From contig JBHGNT010000011.1 in assembly GCA_043228905.1 (NCBI GenBank), positions 9,672,001-9,736,000 of the forward strand: a DNA stretch of 64,000 nucleotides, given 5' to 3'. The notes under the pieces were generated by a model. That model saw nothing but the letters and a program-made list of their open reading frames with translations. It was not told where the DNA came from and made no database searches. Origin of the DNA: Azolla caroliniana (lineage: Eukaryota; Plantae; Polypodiophyta). A program made the position numbers and the translations under genes. The first letter of the stretch is position 1, and each line of letters starts with the position of its first letter. Positions 50,101 through 64,000 of the stretch are shown here, in pieces.

Positions 50101-53100
50101 ATTAAAAACAACATCCCGGCTGCGTACAATTTTTCTGGACTGAGGTAACCAAATCCTATAGCCCATTTCACCTTCATCACCATAGCCCATAAAAATGCCC
50201 ATAGTGGACTTAGCATCGAGCTTGTTTCTCAGCTCACATCTAATGTGTTGCCCATGGTGGACTTAGCATCAAGCTTGTTTCTCAGCTCACTTCTAATGTG
50301 TACAAATGCATCACAACCGAAAATTCGTAAATGGAATATGAGGCTGGTTTGCCAGACCAAACCTCCTCAGGGATTCCATTCTTTAAGGACTTGTTGGGAG
50401 AACATTTACATATATGAACCACGGTTTTTAATGCTTCTCCCCAAAATTCATGAGGGAGATTAGCTGTGGACAGCAGGTCCTATTATACCATTTTGCCACC
50501 CCATTTGATGAAGGGTTATATGGAGCTATAAGCTCTCTTTTAATACCATATAAGTCACAAAAGGACTTACATTTTGCAGATGTAAACTCACCCCCATTAT
50601 CTGTTCTAAGACATTTCAAATTTGTCCCTTTTTGGGTAGTCACAAATGCATGAAAAGATTTAAATGCACCAAATGCATCACCTTTGTTTTTCATCAAGTA
50701 CACCCAAATCCTAGAATAATCATCGATAAAGGAAATAAAATATGCAACACCGCCCAAAGATTTTACAGGCATGCTACATACATCAGAATGCACCAAATCT
50801 AGCACATTTGGTTTACGAGAGACTCCAGAATATTAAGGATTTCTCATTTATTTGCCAAATATACAATCATTACAAAAAACCAGCTTTGATCCTTTAACAT
50901 CAAATATTTTTAGAGCAGAAAGGACTTCAAGTCCTTTTTGGCTCATATGTCCTAATCTCTTATGCCAAAGCTCTAAACGAGAGTCAAATTCAGCAATAGC
51001 AAGAAACCTTCCAGGTAAAGCTTTACATTGCAAACAGTAGAGAGTGCCCTTTTTGCAACCTTTCACAATAACCATAGATCCTTTCGTAAGTTTCCAGAAT
51101 CCACCACTGAATAATATGGTGTAACCATGCAAATCCATCTGTCCTACAGATAACAAACTTTTCTTAATGCCAGGTACATATATGACATCTTTGAGCACGA
51201 GTTCTTGACCATTATCCAAAGACAAGTGTATGGTGCCAATACCATCAATATTGCAAGCACTATTGTTAAAAAGATAAACTTTTCCATAACTGTCCGCATC
51301 AAATGTGGTAAACACTCCAAACATGGAGTAACATGAAAAGAAGCTCCGAAGACTACTATCCATGTCTGTGTCAATCCATCATCAATTGACAATAAAGCAT
51401 CAATAACATCTGTTTTGGTGATTTGTATGTCTTGAACATGAGCTATTAAGGCATCACCTGTAATACAAAGTACATCACCATCTTCACTAGATAGGTCTTC
51501 AATGATAACATCTGAAGCCATATTAGCTTTCTCTGTTGTATTAAATTTATCATCTTTATTTTTCTTCTCTCCTACATTCTTCTTCCTTTCTAGTTCCATC
51601 TTCCAATATCTACTATCAGGTTTCTTATGACCTTTACGGCCACACTGCTAGCATGTGATATCTTGTTGCTTTCCTTTCCCTCTACTCTTACTTCTATTTC
51701 TTTGTTCTACATTTAGGTTCTTGTTATCATATCTCCCCCCTAATATTGTATGCTGAACCACTACCTTCTCCGTTAGATTGTCTTCTAATCTCTTCATTGA
51801 GAATAGAGCCCCGCACACCATTGAAGGTCAAGTTGGGGCTATTAGACAATGAAACAACTAATGTTTCCCAAGTATCGGGTAAATTCATAAGTAAGAAGAT
51901 AGCTTTGATCTTGTCATCAAAAGCTGGTAATCCTGAATCTTGTAGTTGGGATAGAGTACCTGTGAATAACGATAGATGCTCTGTTGCACCTTTCGACTCA
52001 TCAAGCTTCATACTGACAAGTTTTCTCATCAAATGCACCTGATTAACAGGATTAATATTCTTGTAAGTTGTCTTAAGTTTCTCCCAGACTTGATGGGCAG
52101 TAGTCAAGTCCTTTATATCTACAAGAATCTCATCAGAAACAGCCATTTTAATATATGTAATGGCTTTCTTATTCAGAGTGTTCCAAGCATCATTTTTCAT
52201 GCTCTCTGGTTTCTTTTCCAAGAGAGCATCTTCACAATCTCTCAGAAAGAGGATGCCCAGCATACGCTCTTTCCACAATTCGAAACCTTTTCCATCACAT
52301 CTCTTGATTTCAAAGAGGTTTTTCACTTCAGTTGAAGTGGAGGCTATTGCTCCCAAGATTTATGACAGATTTCTTCAGAAATTGAGCAGAAGACCAATAG
52401 GATAGGGTCTGAAAGAATTGAAAAAAAAGCTGTGTTTTCTGCTGATTCTGAATCTAAAAAAACAGCAAAGCAGTGGAAAAAGATTTGGCTCTGATACCAG
52501 TTAAAGGTAAAGAGGGATGTTTGAGGGAGCAGCTATTGAGGGATGATGTTCAGCAAACAGAGAGTAGAGACACAGATTTTGGGTGTACCCAACCGCCTTG
52601 ATTGGTATACAAGAAAAAAAAGGTTATTATATTAGTTAACCCTACAAAGAAAGAGGTGTGTTCACATTACAAACGGAGGTGTCCTGTCCAGGTGAACAAT
52701 GTGTTCACATATATGAATAATTACCTAATTTGTGAACTACGGGCCTTTACACCTAACATATATTTCCCTAAATATAATCAAGCTCCTAGAGAGAGCTAGC
52801 TATACATCCACTTTTGCAATAGTTTACAATGTAGGTTTAGGCATTTGTAGACTTCGACGCATGGATGACACATTTTTTCACAATGTAATTTCAACTCCCA
52901 GATGAAACATGTTACAAGTTCAATAGCTGTACATGGTTTAGGCAGGTTTACTGGCCTAGTGCTTCAAGTGAACTTTATGGTATGATCATTGTTATATGCA
53001 ATTGCATAAATTTACTGCATAACAAGATCTAGGGTTGCTATATGATTGACATGGGGCATTCTATAAAGGTCTTGTGAGTTGAATCCTATCTACTTTTCTG

Positions 53101-56100
53101 GTGAGGTTACACGATGCAATTTTAGTGAAGTTGGGGAAAATTTTGCAAAGCTCGATATACTATGGTATTATTCCATGATATAGCACTCAAATCAAAGAAA
53201 CTGCATTAGACCATAGTTATGAGAGATGTACAGTATTGTTTCTATATCATTAATGTTATGGTAGCTATGATAGTTCCCAGATCAGCGATTATATATATAT
53301 ATTATTTATGTCTATATATAAATAATATGTCTACGTGTAAGAGAAGCTTCACAAATATTCTTTACGTAAAGCATTGATATTATGTTGCCTTGTAACATTT
53401 TATCGCAAGGTGTTCCTCTATAAACTTCATGATATGAATGCTGTGTGCTTTTGCATCAGTTAACTTGAGCTAAGACAACATAGGACTCCACCTAAATTAT
53501 TTGAATTAGGATTTATATAATATGAACTATATGACAGTTAGACCCATACTGTCAAATTGTTAAATTACGCATATTAGGCATCTTATGGCCATTCTTAGTA
53601 AATGCAAGTTAGTTGAAAAAGAAAAACGGGTGTAAACTCAAATAACTATAGAAGAAGGTAAACTAAAGAAAACTATACAGGGAAAAGCGGTGAACTGACT
53701 CATGTCAATCCAAAACAGTTCTTTGTACCACTGGTCCTGGTGGAAAAAAAGACAGTAGAGTTTTAGTTTAAAACCTTTCTAACCGTGGCCCGTATCCATG
53801 GCTTGGTTTAAAAGCCATTTTGGGATTGACTTATGAAAATATACTTGTACATCAATTCTAGAGTTGTGTACACATATTTACATAAGAGTTGTAGCTGTCT
53901 GATGTGTTTGTGTTCAACATGTGTCTGTATGTGTTCATGTAGCACCTATTGCAAGTTGTCCTCATACTAATGATTCTTAGTTTCTTTGTGCTACAGTGAT
54001 GAAGTAGCGTTAACTAATACACAATGCCCTCAGCATGTTGAATTAAGATGGCAGGCAGAAGTAAGCTCTAGCATATATGCGACTCCTTTGCTGGCAGATA
54101 TTAACAGGTATGTATGATAAGGCCAAACATAGCTGCCAAGAGAATGCAAGAGTATCTTTTGTCTGAGTTCATGATAAGTAGCCCCTTCTTCTGTTAAATA
54201 TTTTGTAGTGATGGGAGAATGGAGGTGGTTGTTCCATCTTTTGTGCATAACATAGATGTCCTTGATGGTTCAGATGGTGAAAAATTACCTGGTATCTCTC
54301 TTTTCTATTGTATTGTAAAGCTGAAGCTAGTTTTGTAATGTTCCAGAAATTATATCCTGTTTTATATGGATACAGGTTGGCCAGCAACACATCAGTCTAC
54401 AGTTCATTCAAGTCCTTTACTGTATGACATCGACAGGGATGGAGTTCGGGAAATAACAGTTGCAACGTACCATGGAGAAATCCTTTTTTTCAGGTCTATT
54501 AGATGTTTATAGTGTTTTTTTTTCAGGATTGGAAGATGATGAAATTCCTAAAGTTCACATTATATTTCATGTGTGTGAAGGCCTTCAGGTTATTTAATGA
54601 CAGAGAAACTGACTCTGCCTAGAGAGCGTGTTCGTAAGGATTGGTATGTGGGTGTAAAAACAGATCATGCAGACCGTTCACATTCTGATGTAGATGATAA
54701 GGGTCTCACTGAAGAAACTCTAAACCACCCTGATGGTAAACATGATAGATTCCTTTGTGAGGAGCCTTTTTATTATTGGAAGTATCAAGTATACCTCTTT
54801 CAAGCTTTTGTTTCCCTCCAATTATTGGGTTCTTAGTTGATGAATAATGCAGATAATTCTAAATCAACTAGGGACAATATCGAGAAGACTACAACGTCAA
54901 AGCCCGTTGATGCTAAAGTTGAAGTTAATGCATCAAAAGTGTCTATTGATAGCATTGACACAGTCAACAGGAAAGAAGGTGAACTGCCCGTCAGTACTAC
55001 CAAGGTGACAGAAGGTGTGAAAATTGATGAAGTGTTGAAGAGTGAACTATTAGGCAGTGGATTGGAAATGGCTGCTGCTTCTATAAATAGGTCCTTAAAT
55101 TTGGATACGTTATCCACGGTACAAAAAGGCCGACGAAGACTTTTTGATGCTCAAGATGGTTTGGGTGTAAATGATACTCCGACGGTGGAAAATGACCAAG
55201 AGGCCTTAGAAGATACTGCTGATGCTTCATTTGATGTTTTCCGTGATGAGGAGGAGAACATGGAGGATGGTTTGACGGAAGAATATCAATATGATTATGA
55301 TGATTATGTAGATGAGGCAATGTGGGGTGATGAGAACTGGAAAGAAGCTCAGCATGAAAAGGAGGAGGACTATGTAAATATCGATGCACATGTCTTATGT
55401 ACTCCTGTAAGTCAGTTTCTCTTCATGTTTCAGATCATTAAATGATTTAACAGACTCTGTTATTCCTCTTCCTCAGGAAAACCATTTTGGTACTTCCTGT
55501 TCTGATACTTTATGCATTTATTTTTGTCTAATATTTGATAGAAGTAGTTATTGCATTCACTAGCAGGTATGGGCATCAAGTCTTCATCATTTACCTCGAA
55601 AATTTCATATGGAGCTACCCTGTGTTTGGACAAGTGTTGTGAATGAAACCTTCTGTGGTATTGTGTTTTTGTGTGAAGGAAGAATGTTTTAAATGGAAAG
55701 CAGTTTCTCTGCTCTCTTAATAAGTATATCCAGTGTTTATTTGACCGCTCGCAGAAAGTTATTAATCTTTATCTAGCTTGGTTGATTATTTCTTCAAAAA
55801 GCAAACTTGGCAGATTAATTATGAAGAGCTTTTGCATCAAATATGATGAAGGAGAGCATGCCATTCTCATTTGTATGCTATACATTGCTGAGATAATGTT
55901 CAGCTTTTAAAGCTGATTTACAAGACACTTTCTCTGTAACTAATTTTGGTCATTTGCACTACTATCTTTGTATAGGCAGAATATTAAGTGGCAATTCAAC
56001 TATATTGGCCAATGACTTCAGTATTTAATTTCTGAAGAAAATTTATTAAACAACTGTGGTGATATGGTGCATTTGTCTAGACTTCACGGTCACAAGGAGG

Positions 56101-59100
56101 GCTATTTCTTAGCTTGCCATTCTCTGCTTGGTGCAAAAGCTTTTGTTTCCCAATTTATTCTATGGACAAAGTAACCGTGCACCATCTGATCATTAAATTA
56201 GAAATAACATAGAAAATGATGTATTTTATATCAAATCAAATGCACAGGATATTTTCATCGTGTTTGGTTTAAATATTTGTGCATTTTGTCTACTTAATCA
56301 TTCAATGAGTTGCATGTTCTAACATTATACATTGTTGTTTCAGGTCATAGCTGACATTGATAAAGATGGTGTTAATGAAATGGTGATAGCCACTTCTTAT
56401 TTTTTTGATCGTGAGTAAGTTGTCTCACTAGATTTATAGCTCAGTTCAGTATAACTTTATGCATTGTTTGCTTTTCTTCTTTCCAGCTGCATTTTTAAGG
56501 CATCTGACCAGGTCAAGTTAATTCTAAATTTGGACACTAACCACTGAACTTAAGTATCAGTGCTACCTGTGACACAATTTTCAAAGTGAAGTTTGTGATT
56601 TACAATAGACAATCTTTATTTTTGTAGTTCTCCAAAATTTATGTTTTAATTGAAAAACCAAAATCTTCAGGTACTATGATAAGCCTGAAGCTGCAAAGGA
56701 GTTGGATGGTATTGATATCACAAAATATGTTGCGGGTGCTATTATTGTCTTCAATCTAGAGACAAAACAGCTGAAATGGAAGAAACTTTTGGATCTTAGC
56801 ACTGATGATGGCCAATATCGTGCATATATCTATTCATCCCCAACTCTGGTTGATTTGGACAATGATGGTTATCTGGACATCCTTGTTGGAACATCTTATG
56901 GCTATTGTTATGCCCTTGATCACCGAGGTCAATCATATGATACAAACTGTCAAATACATATTTCAGTTTGTGCTCTGTTCTGTAAACTCATATGGATGTG
57001 TTACAGGTGAATTTCGAGAAAAGTTTCCATTATTGATGGGCGAAATTCAAGGGCAAATCGTAGCTGCTGATATAAATGATGATGGTAAGATTGAGTTAGT
57101 TACAACAGACACTCGAGGTAATGTAGCTGCATGGACCAATCAGGGAGAAGAACTCTGGGAGGTTCATCTGAAAAGTCTCATTGCACAGGTAAATAATATA
57201 TATAACTGTTACGATGTTTATTAACTGAAGAAAACATATGGGCTTTAATTGTTGTGGATGCAATTAGCAGAATTGAGGAATTCTGCATTAGCAAGTCAAC
57301 CCAGATTCTGCTTAAATTCAGGCTTTTATGTGAGAAAACAATGTGACATTCAGCTAGACTCAGACTCGGGGCATAACCATTGTTCATTAGATGATAGACT
57401 AGATAGAGCATACATTGCATTTTTTTATGGACATTTTCACAATGTATGAAAGAGATCATTCTTACTTTATTTAAAAATAGGAGTATCCCTCGATAGAAAG
57501 CATATTTAGCCTTTTATTAAGAAGTTTTAGGATAGCAATGAAATCATGAGCCAGTTATGATGCTGGAGAAGCGTCATGTCAATCAGCAATATTAAGAAAA
57601 GGTTCTCTAAATATCCGTTAGTAACATAATAAGTGGCTGTTCCTTTATGTTTTCGACTGTCTTGATAAGATCCTATTGTTCACAACCATATCTAAAAGAA
57701 CAATAGCAGTCTTAACAAAGTAAAAGTTATTGTTGGAAATCCATGTACTATTTTCTTAATTAAATTTAAAAGTTTTGCAGGGGCCTACTGTGGGGGATAT
57801 TGATGGAGATGGGCATACAGAAATAGTAATTCCAACTGCATCAGGTAACATTTATGTCCTAAAAGGTTCAAATGGGCACACAATGCGACCATTCCCATTT
57901 CGCACTCATGGACGAGTAATGGCACCGGTTCTTCTGGTGGACTTCAACAAAGAAAACTCAGAAAGAAGAACTCTTACCCTGGTAGCCACTTCATTCGATG
58001 GATACTTGTATCTCATCGATGGTTCAACGGCTTGTGCTGATGTTGTAGATGTTGGGGAGACATCGTGAGTCTCGATATCTCTATGACATTTTCCTCTGTT
58101 TTAATCTGAGTCTCAATATCTCTATGACTTTTCCTCTGTTTTTTTCTGTCCTCATATCGACATCTATCCATCCCAATTTCTGTCTCAATCCTTATTATTT
58201 TAATACAGGTATAGCATGGTCTTAGCAGATAATGTTGATGGAGGGGATGATCTTGACTTGATTGTCTCAACCATGAATGGAAATGTATTCTGCTTCTCTA
58301 CCCCTGCTCCATACCATCCCCTCAAGGTAACTAGTGTCTGGAACTGTATCCGTGTGGTGCTCATGAATTGGTTATTTATATTTTACAAAACAAGATCAAA
58401 TTTATTTGATAACATCACTTATCTTATATGTGAAATTTGCAGTCTTGGTCATCCCAAACACAGGGAAGAAATGTTCTTGCATCTCGTTCGAGAAGGGAAG
58501 GTATATATATTTCTGCATCATCTAGGAGTTACCGCGATGAAGGGGGCGAAGGCTTCTGGGTGCAGTTCAATATTATTGATGAGCATCATTTACCTTCTGG
58601 TAGCCATGGACCCTATAATGTAACGGTGAGTTTGTGTTATTCACTCTTACAGTGATAGATACATACATGTAAATATATTGATTTGTAAAATTGTATATAT
58701 ATGTATGTGTGTGGGATTGAGTTTATATTAGCAATACATATAGTCAAAATATTACCACAATCTGATTTCTCCACCTTAATACCTGGGGGTTTCCACTGGT
58801 GGGAGTTGAACCCCCTGACCCATTGCTTATCAGGATCTTTTTAATGCTAAATAGAAATTTCTCATATTTTTATTTTTATTTTTATATATATTTTGCCACA
58901 GGCGACACTTCTTGTTCCACGAAATTATATGGGCGAGAAGCGGTTTATCGAGTCTCAGTATATCAATGAACCAGGAAAACACCAATTTAGATTGCCCTGT
59001 GTGCCGGTTCGGTCTTCGGGGACAGTAATCTTGGAGATGATCGATAAGAATGGGTTTTATTTCACCGATGAATTCTCACTCTCTTTCCATATGCATTATT

Positions 59101-59213
59101 ACCGATTGATGAAGTGGATGGTGGCTTTGCCAATGTTGGGAATGTTTTGTATTTTGTTATGGCTTCATCCTGAAACAGGAGCTGCCCTTCCATCATTTTC
59201 TCGAGATAGGTGA
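47170..59213 (+). CDS. DEX1: DEFECTIVE IN EXINE FORMATION 1 (FG-GAP repeat membrane protein)
   Basis: Motifs [40 protein letters not shown] repeats (ADIDKDG, DLDNDG, DINDDGK, DIDGDG) and C-terminal [11 protein letters not shown] plus a TM segment. First exon is either 47170-47174 + 47277-47399 or 47263-47399. Then 53997-54107, 54209-54291, 54376-54493, 54581-54735, 54853-55406, 56344-56414, 56671-56927, 57007-57188, 57781-58064, 58209-58326, 58443-58625 and 58902-59213. Confidence 0.95.
47882..52758 (-). mobile_element. Full-length decayed Copia in a DEX1 intron; TSD TATAT; LTRs end TG...TA
   Basis: LTRs 52502-52758 and 47882-48154, PBS gctctgatacca at 52488-52499, PPT ~48155-48166, and TATAT at 47877-47881 and 52759-52763. 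gag, PR, INT, RT and RH fragments are present. Confidence 0.96.
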
Positions 59214-61630
59214 TTTTCTATAGCTGATGTATTGTTTCCATGAGAACGTTAACATAAATTATGCTGGAAAATTTGGTGGAGTTTCTTCTCCAGAAACCAG
59301 TTGTAACCTATCAATTGAATCATATGGTTAGTGACAATTCACTAAAGAGGATTTTAATGAAAATGTTAGTGATGTAAAGTCAATGACATATAAGAAATTT
59401 TGGGTCCCTATTGTAAGCATTCAGATGGGAGTTTTATTCCCAAAGTTTTTTAAATTTCAGCTGGTACTAGATGTGTATTCTCAATCCATATTATCCTAGT
59501 TTGTTTGATGATCAATCATTGCAAAAATTGCCTCACTCATGACCATGTCTTCTTGACAACCAATAACTAAAATGAGTGGCGTCATTCATAAGTTGTGTTT
59601 ATAGTGGCTACACCGTTTATTTTTGAAACTCCAGTATTTTGATGAGAAACTTATGAAATTCTTGTGTCTAATGGTATTCTTTTTTTATTTTCTATGCATG
59701 TATAACTTCAGTAATGCAAATGCTGTTGAAGTTATAGTGAAATATCATGAAGGATTGTAACGAAGCTTGTATGTCATGATTAGATGCTATCTCAACTTTC
59801 AAGTGGATCTGAAGTATGCTAGACAGGTTTATTTTCAACGTTGATGATCTAGAGATGCACTTATAGAGAGGAAAACAAAGGAAGTTAATGCATATGTATG
59901 ATGATATATTAGCATCCATAGGGGAACCAACATGGCGGGCACATGGAATTAACAATTGTGAGAAGGAAGGGACTCATTCACTTGTATGGATGTGGATGTA
60001 AAATGTTTCAAAAGAAAAAGAAAAAACAAGGAGACAAGATCCTTTTTTGATGTTTGTCTCAAACTTAATCAAATCAAAGCACACTTTTATTTTAAGTTGG
60101 AGTAGATCCTTCAATTGTGATCTAGTTAAAGCATGCATCATGTTTACTTGAGGCCTATTTAGACTTTGTAACTTCTTGAATAATTGTGAAAAATATAACA
60201 TATTTTTAGATATGTGCTGAGCATTATATATTTTCATTGTATAATGCATGATCATGTAAAAGGATGCATAAAGTTTCAGTGTAAGAAAGTTAACAGAAAT
60301 AAGGATGGTCAACTTTGCTAAGCATTTTGGAATTCTACATGTAATGATACTGGCAAACAATACTAAAAAACAGAAAAAGAAAAAGAGATCAATATGAAAT
60401 ATATTGACGATGGCAATGAAATGTGGATTTAGATGAGCTTAAACCCTAAACCCTAAACTCTATCTATTATTGTAAACTAATCTTCATAATCTCATCTACA
60501 AATTAAGCATAAATATGTGCTTAATTGTGATTATGAGGCCTCAACTCTGATTGAACAGAAGTATGTAGTTTTTGAAAATAAGCAAGCATGCTGCTTGTAT
60601 TTCTAATGCAAATTTCTATAAAAATCAATGACAATGTAAGCGAATTTCCAAACTTCATTTGCCACTGAGTTACCCAAGATGATACAATAAAGAGAAATCT
60701 GGGTTTAGTAGAAAAGAGAATTTGTTGATGATTACGAACTGCCCTAATGTGCATCAAGCTCCATCTCCAACATAATGAAAAACAATAAACTTTGCAATTT
60801 GAGGTCCATGATTACTGGCATAATACGAGGATTTATGCTCTTACCAATCATTACTGTCCTAACACCCAAATCTACTAATATGCAGATAGATTTGCATTAT
60901 TCTCAAGGAAATGCGTAAGAGATATGGTTTAGAGTATATTAAATTAGGGTTTAGAAGTTAATTTGCAAAATTGACTACATAAATAATTTCCCTAGTGTTT
61001 ATGAATATATACATCATAGCATATAACTTTGTATACACCAATTTGGATGCATCCCATTTTGTGTATGTCAGTTGGCTTGTACATCATTTTGACTGTCATC
61101 GATAGTTTCCACATCCGTGTTTCTTACAGGAACATGTTAAGGAGATCTAAGCATGTAATACATGGAATGAATTGACACATGAAGCGCTTTAGATCCAACA
61201 TGAAAAATCCACAACATAACAAGTAGCAAAACTCTCTTAAAAATATTTACTGCATTACCATTATGGACATGGAAAATGGCATCATCTTTTTAAGTTCTGC
61301 ATGATGATTGATGACGACGATAAAAAAGATGACCAAATGTAATCACTTCAGAAAATGTGAACACATTAACTGTGGCCACCTAAGATGATGAAAATGATAA
61401 GAAAACTAGCCAAATATGGTTGCTTGGGATATGATGATGATATTGATGATGATGATGACCATTTAATAGAGAGACCAGATGTGATCAATTGAGAAAGAAA
61501 CCAAAGAAAAAAGCAGACCAAATGTGGTCACTTGAGATGATGATGAAAATGTCGTACATAACAAAACATACAAGAAGACTCCATCAATTGAGATAAAACG
61601 GCACTGCAACATGTGCTCAATTGCGTGTGG

Positions 61631-62095
61631 TCACTTGAGCTCTGAATCGACATGAGTCTGAAGCACGACATCAGTGAGAGGGTAAGCAACGCATGTGAGG
61701 ACATACCCGGCTTTGATCTGAGCATCACTAAGGAAAGAGCCATCCGATTGGTCCACCTCCCCTTCCAGGAGCTTCGCACAACATGCGGAACAAGCACCCG
61801 AGCGGCAAGAAGCAGGGAGGTCGAGGGGAGGGTCTTCATCTAGATCCTCTGCAGTCACAAGAATGTAATCATCATCAGGTGCTGTGAATATCCTCTCTTC
61901 TCCATTGGGGAGAAGAAGCTTGACCTTGTAGGAAGCCATGGCTCGCACATCTCGATTAATTAATCTGACTGTGCTCATCGGATGCGAGAAGAGTCGATGA
62001 TGGGGGAGTCTAACAGCATAATCTAAGGGAGGAATGATACAAATGTTAGGGTTAGAAGGCATCCATCGACATAGCACCGAGGATGCCATAACCAT
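61631..62095 (-). CDS. Plastid [2Fe-2S] ferredoxin with transit peptide, intronless
   Basis: ASYKVKL..APDDDYIL..LPASCRSGACSAC..VDQSDGSFL..VLTCVAYP, preceded by a ~50-aa N-terminal extension. Confidence 0.93.
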   Translation of the reverse strand: MVMASSVLCRWMPSNPNICIIPPLDYAVRLPHHRLFSHPMSTVRLINRDVRAMASYKVKLLLPNGEERIFTAPDDDYILVTAEDLDEDPPLDLPASCRSGACSACCAKLLEGEVDQSDGSFLSDAQIKAGYVLTCVAYPLTDVVLQTHVDSELK

Positions 62096-62399
62096 GGAAG
62101 GAGCAGGAGCAGGATACTTGCTCTGTTCTGTTCTGTTTCTGTTGCTTAAGTATTATCTATCTATCTATTTATCTATCTATCTATATATATACTTATATTG
62201 TCTCTTAAGAGGCCAAGCTGGCCTATAATATATATAAGACCAAAACAATGGGATTTTAGATCATACAATGTTGTCTCTACCTTTTGAGAACTCAGAAAAC
62301 CAATACAAAAACAAATAAAATGAATACATTTAAGATTCTCCAGTTAGATATATTTTGTAATTTTGAACTTTGAAATATCTCTATCATGTAGCTCGATCC

Positions 62400-63930
62400 G
62401 GAATGGACGAAGTCTCCCGTGTGCGTCAAAAGTGTCTAACATACATAGTTCATCTTCCTACCAAGTGATATTTTTGGGTTGATCCATGCTATCTTGTTTT
62501 CTAGTTAATAATATTGGTTCGGATGACTTTATTCTTTTCCATTTTGGTCATGTTTAGATGGGACCAATCCATCTTATGTATTGGAATGGGGGTAGTGCAT
62601 TTATGCTTATGCTATGTGACTCGATCCATTGTTGCATTTCAACATACCAACACCGAGGTTCTCCATGTTCACCAAGTTATTTTGATAACCATAAGTGTCA
62701 ACCTTGTGTACCTTCCTTTATGGAGCTCCCAAAGCTGTTGGATATAGATCATTAAGATTGCTTCCATCTCCGCCTAGATTGTATCATGGAGCATTGATGC
62801 TTGGCTCCGTATCATGTGTGCAATCATTAAGACTAAAGGTCTCTCTAAACCTTTCTAGCTATTTGTTGTGTTAAGACTTGCTCTCCACATTTCTATTCCA
62901 TAGAGAAGAGCTGATGCCACGAGTGTATCAAATACTATAGTTTAGTTCGTGGCTCTTGGAATTGCAAATGTACACATTGTCTTTCGAGAGCACCAAGGGT
63001 TGCATATCAAGAAGATATTTAGGCACAATCAACCACTTGTAAGGAGAACCAAGGCCTTGTAATGTTGCTCCCATGTATGTGTGCAATTGATGGTAATGAA
63101 TGAATGAATTGGGGGGATGATGCTACTATGTATGTATGTACATTACAACTATTTGTGGAAGAAGCCCCCTTCCCAATACCTTCAATTATGTTTCTGAACA
63201 ATATGCAATGATAACACTAGCCACACAAATCGTGTGTAGTATATGTAAATCATTGTCTACTATGACGTTAGGATCATTGGAGCCATTGTTTGTGCAAAAA
63301 GAGTCGAGGTTCAAACTTGCCGTTGTGGCTGTTTCCGAAGCTATTACTTGTGTGTTTGGGTTCTGTTCACACTTTTTGCCCAAGTTTTTTTTTTGCTTAT
63401 TTCGTTAATATACACCATTAGGAACGGTTTTTTCACGCCAACTAGAACTTGATTTTACTTTATTTAAATTCTCTTCACAAAACATCATTTTGTCTCTATA
63501 GAGCATTTTATATGTGTCATTGACGAATAACCTCTCTTCTTTTTCTTACATACCCCCGGTTTCCTCTCTCATTGCTGCTTCAACATCATCTTTACGTTTC
63601 TAACAAGAACAATCCCTAGATAATTGCAACTTGCCATAAATGTTCTTATAGTAGCAACATTGTCGTGAAGTAAATACTTCACTAACAGAAATTCTAATTA
63701 GAAGAACAAATGTTTGACTTGAAGATGGGTTAACTCTTTAGGTGCAAAGGTCAGAATCTCAAATGTGTGCTATAAGCATTCAATACTGAATGTGTATGAC
63801 ACATCCACATTGAACCCTTCTAAAGTCCATTTAATAAACAAAAATTGGAATGTTGATTAGGTACTTTGCATGCATGCCAAGTGCCAACACCATGTGAATT
63901 AAATGGAAAAAGAGTCTACTAAGAGGTGTA
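62400..63930 (-). mobile_element. Highly degraded LINE (RT C-terminal) remnant
   Basis: Minus-strand FDTLVASALLYGIEMW-like motif at ~62885-62935, typical of non-LTR RT C-termini. Many stops; boundaries uncertain. Confidence 0.45.
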
Positions 63931-64000
63931 TGATATATATATAGATATAGTCTATAGATATAGATTCTCAAGTAAATTGTAACTAAGGAAAGAAAAAGGG

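Noticed and set aside
60441-60458. Telomere repeat AAACCCT x2.5
   Set aside because: Too short; this is a common interstitial telo-box, not a chromosome end.

Overview
Land-plant nuclear DNA; a fern or other non-flowering lineage is my inference from the TE families, not something I can prove. The first ~39 kb is a stack of decayed, nested transposons. It opens with a 497-bp tandem array. Next is a tRNA-Trp-primed non-chromovirus Gypsy whose extra 3' ORF is split by a full-length Copia (TSD AAATG). A probable Sola2-type DNA transposon follows: an intron-containing DDD transposase next to an FCP1/NIF-like gene, with palindromic repeats and a hairpin-CTAG end. Then come a one-LTR chromovirus with an odd inverted patchwork junction and a three-layer Copia/Copia/Gypsy nest. 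The right ~25 kb holds three host genes. A 9-exon SIG1-like plastid sigma factor (minus) carries a mitochondrial-type trnI-CAU in intron 1. DEX1 (plus) lies head-to-head with it and has a TG...TA-ended Copia in a 6.6-kb intron. The third is an intronless [2Fe-2S] ferredoxin (minus). Family names come from remembered motifs; no database searches were run.
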